From: Dicyema japonicum
Taxonomy: Eukaryota > Animalia > Dicyemida
NCBI GenBank assembly: GCA_011109175.1
Contig: RDEW01000045.1
Coordinates: 364,748 to 428,747 of the forward strand
Reading direction: 5' to 3'
Length of the DNA: 64,000 nucleotides
Below are positions 36,416 through 49,259 of the stretch, one piece after another (position 1 is the stretch's first letter; every line of letters starts with the position of its first letter). Position numbers and translations under genes: made by a program. The notes under the pieces were generated by a model. The model was given only the letters and a program-made list of their open reading frames with translations, ran no database searches and had not been told where the DNA came from.

Positions 36416-37699
36416 GTGTAAGAGTGTAACCTGAATAAAATACTTTTATAGACTTAATTACGCAAGAAAAAATCATCATTGATTGTGATCAATCGATTTT
36501 ACTATTATTGGGGAATATTGTTGTAAAACTATAAAATTGGTCTTCAGTGAGGATCACCCCCTAGTATTGGAGAAGTTATGTTATTTCCCCCATTACGACA
36601 AAAGACCCTCAAGTCATTCTCAAGTAGGCACTCCCTGAGATAGGCATTTTAGATTATTCTTAAATTTGCTTATAAAATAGCATTTCATTAAATAAATATA
36701 TGAACGGGTTAAATCAGGAGGGATGCAAAATCAAGGCAGGTCCAAGGTACTTCGACTGCCCTCCCTTTGTCCTTAGTCACTTAATTGATAATAATTCATA
36801 TAATTAGGTAATGATTTAAGAATAAAACGGTACCCTCGAATTGTTAACAAATCTATTAATAGAATCCAATTTTCATACATTAATGGTAGATAATGCTGAT
36901 TTTATGAGTTATAGATTAATTAGAATAATCCCCATCGTAATTGAGACAACAGGAGGAATAAGCTGGAAATCGCTTCTTTTCTTAAAGAAACTAGGACGTC
37001 TAGCTACATTAAAAAGCGTGAGACTAGGTGGCTTCTCCATTTGATCTCTGTAGGGATCGGGAGAGGCAAATCAACGTCAATTATGTTGGGGGATTACTTT
37101 TGATTGATTTTTGTGTTGTTGATTATTTATCAAATAATGAAAGTTAAAGCTGTTGTTTATGTCCGATTGTGAAACGACAAAAATCGATAATTTCAATTTT
37201 GTTCTACTGAAAATAATTTAGTGCTTATTTTGATAAGGGTAGAACACTTACGAGGAGATTTCGAAAATAATTTTTCACAATTAAAACAATTATGAAAACT
37301 TATAATTTAGTCTTTGATTTTAGTGAATTGTTAGTGTTATTTATTGTAAGTGCTAATGATATACTTAAGGTGATTGTTAGGGGTAGACATAGGATGTATG
37401 CTAATGTTAGACTTATAAGATATGATATGGATATATTTGGTGATTTGTGGTATTGGATTTTTGGTTCGACACAGAGCTGTCTTTTGTACGTGGTAAACAG
37501 CGTGACAAAAAACATTGTTGCTGATGTGTTGAGCCTCCGCTTCGAGAGTCACAATTCCATCTTGTTATTGGAGGACTGAATCACTGAGATCCTGATTTGA
37601 CGGCTTTTGCTCGTCTCCCAATTAGGAAGTTATTATTATTATTAACAAGCCAAAAATCACCAGCTAGAACTAATTAAACCGAACAAAATAAAAAAGAGA

Positions 37700-38405
37700 A
37701 CAAAAAAAAGATGAAAGAAAGGCTTTAAAACAAAAATGTTACCACAACAGTGAAGTTCGGAAAAGGGAACGTAATGGTTTGGAGCGCATTCACATCGGAA
37801 TGTTTTTCGGAACTTATGTGGAAAAGGAATTATTAATGGGAACTTAAGCATCTTGGCAGATAATTTGTTGCCTTTTTTGGAGAAAACAGGAATACGGTCT
37901 CTAATTTTTCAGCGAGATAATGATGATCCAAAGCACACCTGCTAGGTGGCTAAAGATTTTTCAATGAACAGGGAATTGAGTTATTACAATGGCCCCCTCA
38001 AAGTCCCGATTTGAATCCAATCGAGCACGTGTGGGCCTCCATGAAACAAAAAATAAGGGGAACCGAATTAAAAAAAGAGTGACCTATTCGAAGAATTGAA
38101 AAAAATTTGGAACGATCTCACGATAGAATATGCGAAATCGCTTATTGGGTCAATGCAAAGTAGAATTTTAGAAGCAATAAATGCTCAAGGGGGTCATACT
38201 AAATTGTGAACTATTTTTTGTTCTCTTTTTTAATTTGTTTGAAAAAATTGGGTTTAAATACTTACCAAAATATTTGACGTTTGGATTTTTGTAAAAGGCA
38301 AAAGTTAAGCTTATAATTTAAAATTCAATTTTTTATTAAAAAAATTAATCTTTATTCAGAAAAAAATTGAGAAATTGGCTGTTCCGTTTTTTATTTGCAT
38401 CGCTG
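37700..38405 (+). mobile_element. Tc1-family transposase, 3' half with right terminal repeat
   Basis: TVKFGKGNVMVWSAF, FQRDNDDPKHT and WPPQSPDLNPIEHVW motifs; ends in ...gcatcgctg followed by TA (CAG-type TIR plus TA target). Confidence 0.88.
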
Positions 38406-38409
38406 TATG

Positions 38410-39602
38410 TGTGCTGAAAATCATGAGGGTGTCAAATGTTAGTCTCAGAATCTTGGCTTGTTTCTTATTTGGGATTAGTTCACCATTCAAAAATAGTTCA
38501 GCCGAATAGCTTGATAGCCTTCTATTCGAAGAAAAAAAGAGAGGTAAAGGACTTTTCTGACATTGAATTTCTTTTCAACCATTCATGGAGTCTTTCCAGA
38601 ATACTTTGTAACGGTGACAAGGGTAAACCATGTGGCACGCCGTTTGAAAGAAATTGAGACCGATTGGCAGGATTTTGTTACGACTTTTCTTCTTCTACCA
38701 GTGAGAAAGTTCCCGAGCCATTTTCTTTGAATTCTTTCCAATTCGCAAAGCTGTAGTTAGTTATTGTTGGGCATTGTCCTTTTATCCGTGACCTTGTTTT
38801 GACCTCCAAAAATATTGGGTTGTGGTCACTTCTGGTGTCATAATTCACTGACCAGTCAATAAGTGGGGCCAAGGACGGTGATGACAATGAGATGTCGATA
38901 GAAAAGGTTTATCATTAGGTCGAGTAGGTGTTCTTGTATGAGATGCAGGATCATTGAGTATACATAGGCTGTGGAGGTCCTCAATTATCATCTTCCCTCT
39001 TTTGTCGTAGGTTTGTCCTGTCAGCCACAGTGAGTGCTTCGCATTGAAGTCACCACAGATAATCACATCCTTTAGTGACGCGAGAGGAGTGAGTCTGGGA
39101 GCACTGGACGAGCAGGAACTTAGCGGTGGGAAATATGCGTTGACAATTATTATTGATAGTCTTGGGAATCGTACTTTGGTAACCAAAAGTTCGAGATTTC
39201 CATATCCTTAAGCTTAACTAAGTACTGTTAGTTAAGTCCTCAATTGGAATGCCGTTGCAGATAACTGTGAGAAGACCCCCACCAAGTTTGCCAATTCTGT
39301 CTTAGCGAATTACTGTGAATCCCGGAAATACCGGTGTTAAATTCTTTGGAGAAAGTGGATAGGTTGAAGATATAGGCTAATGAATTAGCAACAGATCAAT
39401 GTGATTTTCTTTCACAAATGTCCGAAGTTCGAGTATCTTGTTCTTGATTCCATTTATGTTTAGTTGGACTATTCTGGCTGGTTTACCTCAACGTCTCCGC
39501 AGCGGCGCAGGCCTTCCTTATTGGTTCACCCGTGAAGATAGGGGAAAGTGTGTTTCTTTTTTTCAAATGCCACCACGTCGTCGGCGAGCCACATGACATT
39601 GC
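38410..39602 (-). mobile_element. Ingi-like non-LTR retrotransposon 5' region: ribozyme-like leader, 2A-like motif and APE endonuclease
   Basis: CGDVEVN followed by RIVQLNINGIKNK, GGGLLTVI, NAYFPP, GDFNAKH and SDHNPI. The leader hairpin resembles the one at 19242-19305. Confidence 0.8.
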
Positions 39603-40559
39603 TAATTCTTTTTAGCAAGTTCGTAAGCAAAGATCAAGTTCTGGAAGATGGTCGTTTCAAATATCTTTTGTAAAGATGGTTGAATTTTATATATTTTTAT
39701 TAATTTATTTATTTAATTAGTTTTAAAAGCTGTTTTACAATATGGTAAACCTTTTACTACAATAGTACATTATTCAACGTGTATAGACTCGTTGTTGTGG
39801 TCTTTTTCTTTTTACTGTTTTATAGTCTTTTTTTATTGTATTGTAGTATATTTTCTTAAATATAATATGTATTATTGGTTCGTCAAATAGTGTTGAAGGA
39901 TGTTATCAAAATGTCTGATATATATATATTTTGGTGATCTATAAATATTGATTATTCTCCACTATTTGATTGTTCGATCTTTATTTCCCAATTTTTTCTA
40001 TGGCTATTTCGGAACTTTATTGTAATTTTGAAATTCAATTTGTTTCCCATGATTTTCCTTGGAATTTTTGATCGTCGGCTTCCCTCTTCCTTTAGGAATA
40101 ATTATTCCACTTGATAATGTTGTATACTTTTTATTTATTCAAACTTTCTTAAATTTGCCATTTATTGTAATTCTCTATTTTTCAATGATATATGCCACAA
40201 TTTTTGAAATTTATTTTTTTAATAATTAAAATATTGACCACCTTTTTTTCAAATTTTGAAACTTAAGATTATTTCTGCTCCTGAATTATTTAATAATGCC
40301 TCACTGTCTTAGTTTATGAATTTAGCAATTATCCAAAATCAATATCTATTAACACATTTATTTATTGCATTAGTTATGAATCCCAGGAACAACGCAGAAT
40401 TATATAAAACATCAATAATCTCTTCATATTCTAAACCTTCCTTGAATCAATGGCACATTAAGGTATATTTCTTCATTTTTAGGATGGCTATATGAAAATT
40501 CTTACTACGCGTTTTTTATCGAATATTTTGATTCCATTTGTAATTCAACATCATCAAAA

Positions 40560-41110
40560 GAAAGAAAATCCATTAAAGCGTTAAGATAATTCGACATAAA
40601 AAATTAATAACACCCATGTCTAACGATTGAATTAATGAGGTTGCATTTTTTGGAAGAAAAAAACAATTCAATGTTGAAAGATGGATATTACTGTGACAAC
40701 TTGCGTAATCAAGAAACAAAACAATTTTTCTCTTTTGCTTAATCATTTGTTCATTTGTATTGGTGAGCGAAGTAATAAATATTTCTGATGTCATCCTATA
40801 ATTTTTGGATGATGAATAGAAAACTCCATGTTTTCAGGGTCAAATTTTTTCATACAGTATGGAGATTTAATTTTCCCCACTGATAATGGTTCAATTTTTC
40901 CTCACTGATAATGGGTTCAATTTTTCTCCACGAACACTGACCTTTTCCTTGCTTCTTTTAATACCGAAGCAGTCTTCACTAGGAGTTGCAAATGATTTTG
41001 ACGGAATCCCCTTAATAAATAATCCAGTCTCGTCGCAATTAAAAATATTTTGAAGACCATATTCTTTTCGTATTCACCATAAAGTAGGACACGGCTCTGG
41101 TGCCTCAAAA
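40560..41110 (-). mobile_element. pogo/Tigger (DDE_1) transposase remnant
   Basis: RKIVLFLDYASCH..FLPKNATSLIQSLDMGVI motif. Confidence 0.8.
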
Positions 41111-41619
41111 TTTGGAGGTAAAAATAATTCTTTATTTTTTTCCTACATTCTTTGTTTTTTTAATATCTTTAGATAAAATCTTACGAAATTTGTATTATTT
41201 TGTTAGAGTTTGTGGCATAAATTAATGATTATTTTTTTCTAATTCATTCATTGAAAATATGATTGTTTTGAATGTTGCCTACTCATAATCATCATAAAAC
41301 ATTTTATTGGCTGTCTTTTCTTGAATCACGTTGTGGACAGTATTTTCGATGTGATTTTCTTCAATTGAATGTGTTTTTCTATTATATGTTCATTTATTTT
41401 TCGCCAACAATTTTCAATCACATCTGAAGAAATACTTGTATACGTAATTCCAATAATCGTTATCACATGATTTCAGTTTGATTTCAATTAGTTTTGGAAA
41501 AATAAGTTCTTCGGAAAAAAGAGTAAAAGATATTAAATTAATAAATCTTGACTTTAAATGCCTTTATTATTCCCATGTCTAATGGCTCTACAAGTGACGT
41601 TTCATTATTTAACCACTTC

Positions 41620-41950
41620 ACAAGAGCCATATTACTTATAGACCCGCAGTGTGGCGCATAAAAATTTATAATTGTCAGAAAGCTCTTCAAAGGAGGTAAG
41701 TCTTTTAGACGGGTTTGTATGACACAGATGCTGTCATTCACACTCCATACACGGTGGACTGCACTTGTCAACTTTGAGTGGATGGTAAATCCAAGTCCAT
41801 AATATTTAGAGTCGCTCAGTTGACATATTATTCGATATTCGCCATAGTTCTCATCAAGACTACAAGTAACTTTCGTCTCTTGTAGGCATCCAATAGATAC
41901 TTGGTATCTCACCAGGTCGTAGATAAGCCTCTAGCATTGAACGTAAGGGG
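41620..41950 (-). mobile_element. RTE-like APE endonuclease fragment fused to a Tigger fragment (41540-41615)
   Basis: GCLQETK..YYGLGF..INFYAPH, followed by TSLVEPLDMGIIKAFK. Confidence 0.7.
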
Positions 41951-42251
41951 CTTTAGACGAGATACATCCCTTTGTATCCTTTGAATCTTAGACATTTTTC
42001 TTAACTGCGATCCAATTAAGAAACGAGGCACGTCATCATTTTAACAAAAAAACTATTTTTTGGCAGAAATAATAGTTTAACATTCAAATAAGAAAAATTT
42101 TTTCACATGTTGCATTGTCTAGCTTCAACAATATTTTTCTATTTTGACAAATCATTTTTTCGTTCAGCTTGCACAGCAATATTAAAAATGTCTAAAGTAT
42201 ACAAGAATTTTTTGATGCTGCATACATCACTCCGTCTTCAATTTAGTATTA

Positions 42252-43345
42252 CAGTAGGACTCCGCCCCAATAGAAAAGTGTCCCAAATATATAGAGTATA
42301 CTAAATTATTACATTTTTAACCTCTCTATTCGTATTTTTAAATAATTATTTTTACAATACAATGTTTTGCTTCATATTGCAAAAAGGAATCAATTTATTT
42401 ATGAAAAATAATCAGTTATTTTGTTCACAATGGAATATTTGTTTCTTAGCATTTTTGAAATTTTAGTCCTAAATTCATAGTATTCTTTAAGCCCTTCAGG
42501 ACAAATGTTAAATAATGATGATTCAAGAATATTCATAATATTTATTGTATCTTTTAAATATAGCCCATCCATCTCATTATTTCCATTATACAAAGCCTCA
42601 TTGTCTTCTATTCCATTTATTTCAAGTTCTGTTAAATCTGAAATATGTTCATCAATTAATTCGGATTCTTTTTTTGAATTTGTTTCATGGACAAATGTTC
42701 TTTGCTCATTTATCTTTTTCCAACAATTCAATATTGTAGTTTTTGTTACACGAGTCCATGCTTCTCCCACAAATGCGAATACTTGTCTCATATTGATCTT
42801 CAACAGGGCATCATAGTATTTATTAGCATCGTCAAGACATATTATTTCATAAAGAAAATTCTTATAACATGATTTGAATGAGTTTATGATCCCCATATCT
42901 AAAGGTTGAAGAAGTGCTGTTGTGTTTTTAGGAAGTTTAAGAAATGATAAGTTTGAATATTCCTGACATTTGTGACAACGAGCATTATCCATAATAATCA
43001 AAATTTTCCTGTTTTTTTAACCATTTCGAAGTTTATTTTTTGTAGCCATGTATCAAAAATATGCATCGTCATCCATGCATTTTTTGAAGCTGTATATAAA
43101 CCTAAATTTAACCCAACACAATATACCCCATAATCTTCTGTATTTATATTTTTTAAGCATCTTGGGGATTTGAATTTCCCGATAACAAGGGGTTTTAATT
43201 TCTCGCCTTCACGGCTGCAGCATAAAAGAACTGAAACTCGTTCTTTACATTTCGTTTTACCAAAACAATCATCATTTGAAGAGACAAATGATCTACATGA
43301 ATCTTTTTTAATAAAAAGAGAAGTTTCGTCGCATTTAAAGTTTTA
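42252..43345 (-). mobile_element. pogo/Tigger transposon 3' half with terminal inverted repeat
   Basis: DETSLF, KERVSVLLC, AWMT, MDNARCH and LPKNTTALLQPLDMGII motifs; the element end is TA+CAGTAGGACTCCG at 42250-42264. Confidence 0.88.
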
Positions 43346-43364
43346 TTTTTTTAGTAATCGTTAA

Positions 43365-46300
43365 AACAAAACAAACAATAGTCATATCATCTAACTAATG
43401 TATCAACGACCAGGCCAGCACCCACCGGGACTCTCTTGGTAGTATCTCCGCTTCCCTTCCTATTTTTTGGATCATCCAACTCTTTATCAGTGTCGCGTCG
43501 CCTCTTTCCCAAATTGCATCCAGTAAGAGGATTCTTCATCATTTCCCAATTATTGTTAATCGCCATCGTTATTTGTTCAAATCCGTGTTTATATTCTACA
43601 AGCATGCTCTCTAAAGTCTTCTTCAGCGCAATCGTTTGGATGTACGCTCGGGTGATGGTCGTAATTCCAATGATGTCCATGTATGATTTGAAATACCTGG
43701 AGACAATTCCATCCCAGGTAAGAACAATTGGGAGTATCTTTACTTTGGCTTTGTAAATGAACTCTAGTTCACTCGCAAGAATGTCGTATTTATGTAGTTT
43801 TTCAACTTCGACAGCCTTGAGATTGTCCATTGATGTTACTCCAATTTCAATTAGCCATATTTGGTTCATTTTTTTATCGTACAAGAAAATGTTAGGCTTG
43901 TTATATTGGACTTTGGACTCCGTTGGAATGGTCTTATCAACTCGGATCTCGGCATGCTGATTTGTGATGATGCTTTGAATAGAATGTGACTTCAATTTTT
44001 TGGATTTTTTAAATCCAAATTTTCTAGATAAATGCATGTGAATGCATTTAACTATTTCATTGTGTCGTCTTGTATAGTCTGAGTTTAGCATTCTGTTACA
44101 CCTCGTAGCCAAATGATCGACAGTTTTTTTCGAGGAATTACAATGTGGACATTTTAGACCAAGATCCCGGAAAAAGATATTATCATCGCTTCAGACTTGG
44201 GAGAAATATTTCCATTTGTGATCCATGTAGACGATGATTTTATGTCAAATGTATCATTCTCAAGTGATTCAAATAATATTGAATGTAGGCTTTTCTTTTT
44301 GATGATAGACAGGAGAGAGTTAATCTGTGAACTCTTTAGATTCTCCACAATGTCTATGGTTGGGCCCATTTGGTATTTTACCCGCAGGAATTCTGTGATT
44401 GTGGCCATATGTGTTTTTCTTAGCTGTTCGGCCCACAGAATTCCAGCTTTTCTCAGAGAAATCTTTTTCCGCCTTTCAAGGCTTGTTTTAAACTCAAGTA
44501 GCATTTTTTCTGACTTAAAAGTAACTGATATCAGCCCTCTTCCCAGCGTACTCCTTGGTAAGTATAATCTTTCCTTGGAAGCCGGTTTCATATGAATACC
44601 CAAACGCATAAGTAATTTTCTGACTAATCTATCAAATTCCTCATATTCACCGGGTTCCATCTCGAGAAGACCAATATAATAATTAAAAAGGGATAGAGCA
44701 TGTTCATTTATGGCTTTAAACAAATTGACCGAATTCAATTTCGTTTTTGACAGTTTTTCAATACGATCTTGCACCTCCTCTTTGATATTTTTAAGTACAA
44801 CTTCTTTAACTACTTTGCTGGAATTGTCTTCTAACACCCCCAAATAGCGATAACTATCCACTCCATCCATTAGTTTAGCATCATTCGATAGTAAATAACT
44901 ATTTGTCAAAATTCTTTTCTAAGCCGGACAATTTAAAGTAAGCATTCACATCTTTCATCATGCATGCCAGTGTCCCTTCCTCTTTTGCCAAAAGTTTCAA
45001 ATCATCGATGAATAAGAAATGATTCGCAGAAAAAGTAAAAGAATTAGATTCAGCAATATTGATAGACATGCTCGGATATTTTGCAGACAACATTCTGCTT
45101 AGTGGATCCAAAACAAATAAAAATAATTGAGTATTCCACGTTCAATATTAATCGTTCCCAATATCTTTTTCCCCAATCTTAATGACACACGCCAGTTTGG
45201 AATTATTGATATTACAAACTTGGTTATCCATTCTGGTAGTCCCGAGCTTTCCAGGATTTTAATAAGATACTCGTGACTCACTGAATCAAACGCTTTTCTA
45301 ACATCAATCCATGCACAGAATAGTTTGTTTTCATGGGCTTTGTTAACACATCTGTTTAAAAGTGCCAATTCCTTTGCTCCTTGACAGTGTCGTTTTGTCC
45401 CAAGCTGATACTCAGTAATTAAATCATAAGTTTCAGCATATTGTGCAATTTTTTCGTTTACACATTTCGTAACCAGCTCGTATAAGCACGGCATACATGT
45501 AATCGGTCTAAGATCCTTAGGGTCAACAGAGTTCTTCTTCTTTGGGATTAGGTATGTAATCCCCATATAAAACCATCTTTTCGGTTGACTTTTCCCACTA
45601 ATGATATCTCTGATCTCTTTAAATAAATATTGATGAAGAGAATCCAACTTCTTGATAAAGAAGTTATATACGCAATCAACTCCGGGGGCTTTCCAATTTG
45701 GGAGGTACTCAATTAAATTTGATATAAAATTATCGTTTATATCAGATTCTTGCTGTTCAACTCCCGTTATTCTCTTGTTCATTCCAAAACTCAAATCATT
45801 TTTATCCTTTTTTCCCAAACCTCTGTCCAAAATTTAAAGCATTCGGATGTGTCAAAGCCATCAATGCACTCAATGTCAGAATCTGACTTAAGTTTTCTAT
45901 AGAATGACCTTCTGTTCAACTCAAAATTTCGATTATCAGTTCCATATTGTCGCCTCGAGTCTGCAATCGACAACTTTTTGTTTAAAATTCTAATTTGGTC
46001 ATTTATTGCGGTTGATATCGTTTCAAATTCACCCATTTTGCATTTTTGTAATTGTAGGAACACAGAATGTCGACTGCTTTTTTCTTTTCCTCGCCTGTAA
46101 TAGTAGACATAAAGAAATTTGATATTACTAGATTATTTTCAGCTAAAATTTCAATCTTCTTTTGTATTCTTTGCCTCCAGTTCGATTTGAAAGGTTCCTT
46201 CATTGTGATTTGTTGATATACACACTGAGCAGAGTATATCAAACATGAAATGTCTTCAATACTTGAAGGTATGTTATTCGATGTATATTCGATTAAAGAT

Positions 46301-46870
46301 TTATTTAGCATTTCAATTAAATTGTCATTTACAAACTGGAAAGGAATCTTCCTTGTTTGACGCCTTTCATCGATTTTCTTTGAACTATTTGCATCAATCT
46401 GACTCAATAATTCTTCAAAGGTTTTATTGTATAATGCCAAATCAGGTGCCTTATCCATTTTAATTCCAATTTTAGGTATTGTACTATTACTCTGATGACA
46501 GGAGACAAGTCTCTTCAACTCATAAACGGATTTCTTTTTTCCAAATTTAGAATTAAAATAATTGGCTATGAATGGCCACCCTCCTCTAGGTACTCGTTTG
46601 AGGCGGTCTTTGACACAAGTTAAAAGAGATGAGATCCATTCTCCGGGATTAGAAGAGTCAATAGAGTCGCAGATAGCATTCAGAGAACACAAAGTTGAGC
46701 TGGTCTGTTGAGGACCGTTACTGTAATTGACTTGGGCATTAAAATGGCCATGAACAGGCAAATCCACACTTTCTCGAACTCCATTTATTAAATATTCTGT
46801 GGACGCGTCCATGGGAATGACTTTTTCAGACTGGGAAAAACCAAACATCATTACACCACTAGACAATTCT
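43365..46870 (-). mobile_element. Near full-length R4/Dong-like non-LTR retrotransposon (second subfamily), frameshifted
   Basis: N-terminal region, PNWKAPGVD, RPITCM, QLGTKRHCQGAKE, WIDVRKAFDSV, HFLFIDDLKL, YRYLG, RHNEIV and KPNIFLYD..IEIGVT motifs, in order across ORFs 46866 to 43387. Confidence 0.92.
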
Positions 46871-47849
46871 CTTTTTTTATAAAGTTTTATTATAATAAAA
46901 GAATTTAAAAGAGATAATAACTCATTAATTATAGTTTTGATAAATATAATTAATTTTTATTCCGAAGTTACTTAGTATCTTAAAATCATAGGGATTGGAG
47001 GACCTTGGTAAAATGTTCCACTTACCCATAGGACCCCTTAAATCAATTTTTATAAGATTTGAAAAAGATGACTTTTTTACCTAAATATATCGAGGACCTT
47101 AGTAAAATATCTCGAGATGTTGATTGATGAACTTATCCAAAACCTGAGAAAATTAATTGGAGACCGTTTTGAATGGGGGAAATTTTGAAAGAGGCTATTT
47201 TGAATGGGACTTCTATTTCCTTAGAAATTTTAATCCTTAACTTAGACTAAGCTTACGAGCAATAATCACAAGAATGCAAAATTACACGATGCTTCAAAAT
47301 AAAATTTTATATAATTAATTTTAATATTAATAGCAAATATGTATATAAATTAAAAATCCAGTACCCCACTTAGAGGTTCCGATAATTTTTAAATTTGGAA
47401 AATACCGCATAAAAATTATGCCATTTTGATACTACCCTAATAATAAAGGTTTCCCAAGCCAGAGGTCTGTCCCAAATGGAGGTCATACTGTAGTAATATT
47501 GAAATACAATTTTAAATAACATTGACGTATCTTCCAAATTTGCCATTTGAGACTGAGGTAGATGACATCAACCGTTTAATACTTTGATTAAATCTATATT
47601 TTTTGTAGAATAAAATGCATTTTTTATCTTGCACTATGGACATCCTGCTTTTCCAATAACATGCCTGATATTTAGTTCTCAATTTCGTACGGCAACAGAC
47701 TCAGGTAACTCAATTTATCTCGTGGAATGGATTATTTTTATTAAAAGCACTTTCACAGAACCAATAACGTTATATTAACTTTTCACACGTATCAAAATCT
47801 GCTTCATTATGGGTCTCCATCGCCCTCTGCTTTGCGCATCTGTCCTTAG

Positions 47850-49150
47850 TTCTTCTGCAGATTTAAGTTTTCTTCCAGGACACATGACGAATGGAATAGT
47901 TTCACGGATAAGTTGAGTCAGGAGTTTGTTTCTTTATTATTGTCCTCAGATTCCTTTGTAGGTATTCCGAGTGTGACAGGTGCAAAGCATATAAGTTTTA
48001 GCCAGGATTCCCAACTGTCAGAGGATAGTGCGTGATCAATGGCATCTGAAAGACACGTTGCTGCGGCAATTCGTACTCCTTTAGGGATTTTTACTGGGAT
48101 CTTCATGGCTTTCCTGAGGTTCGAGATCTTTAAGAGAGTATGGTCTGTATGTGTCAGTGTAAAGTTTGACTGAGTTATTTTTTCCCACCTGGGGGCCTCC
48201 ATTCCAATACAAGAGGGGCACAGCCAACTCGACAGCGTCTCGGCGCAAGCTTTACTCATTTTTATGCAGCCCAAATGGGCGAATGATTCACATTGTGTGC
48301 AGTTAATCCCATATTTCCTGATGTTCGATTGTCCACATAAAAAAACATACCTGATTTGTCCGTACTGGATTTGTTCCTCGTACTTTGTCTTCTTTTCGTT
48401 CTTTATTTTCCATGAGATTTTTGTTGATCACACCACACCACTTAATAAACGTGTTGATGTTCCAATGCAATATTTTTATTCAAACAATGCAATATTTAAA
48501 ATCAATTAATTCAGACAATAATTAGGACGACAGAATGGCGAAGGCGATACCACTGAAAATCGCCATTTCGAGCCTCTGCCTCAACCAGAGTTCCTCCCGT
48601 GGCTCTCAATGTTGTGGAGAATGGCGTCCGTCTTCGTGCCTACAGTTCCAGTTGTCTATATTGGATGGATAAAAAGAGTCGATGTACGTGGCATCCCATA
48701 CCAATGGTTTTCTCAAATGGAGAACCTTTTTCTGTATCATCTCTCTAGGCCAACCTTTCAAACATCGAGGGGTATCCAGAAGACTACAGGAATCGCTTAA
48801 CTATTCTGTTGATCGCCTCATGTCCCGAAAATGATGTCCATAATAGTCGACGGTACCACCGCACTGACACTTGTGAGTCTAACGAATCTTCAGTCCAAGT
48901 CTAATGGAAATACCAGTGCGGACGGTATCGTCGTCAAGATAGGTCCCGACGGTTCCGATCGGAGGGTATTGATTCAAGTGCCACTCTATTCGCATCTTCT
49001 GGTGACTAGACATGCGCATCGGTGTTGGTTTGACTGGTTGAGAAGCCTCCCATATTTATCTTCGCAAATAGACCTGAAAAGCTCCCTCTGTTTAGGTATT
49101 TTGACTTTCAGTTGCTCCATATCTCTGACGATGCTGTTGGGAGTTGGAAA
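47850..49150 (-). mobile_element. CRE-like fragments: PHD-containing N-terminus (about 47850-48450) and RT/post-RT pieces (about 48530-49150)
   Basis: HLGCIKMS..WLCPSC..KIPKGVRIAAA and QRELFRSICEDKY..QHRCACL, homologous to 52275-55048. Confidence 0.78.
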
Positions 49151-49259
49151 ATGATCTTGATTGTTTAGCACATCTTCTCGAGAATCACAATATATATAAA
49201 CGTTACTCCCACATTTTTTTGCTATTTCTTTAATGGTTTGTTTTCTTACTTGCTTCAAG

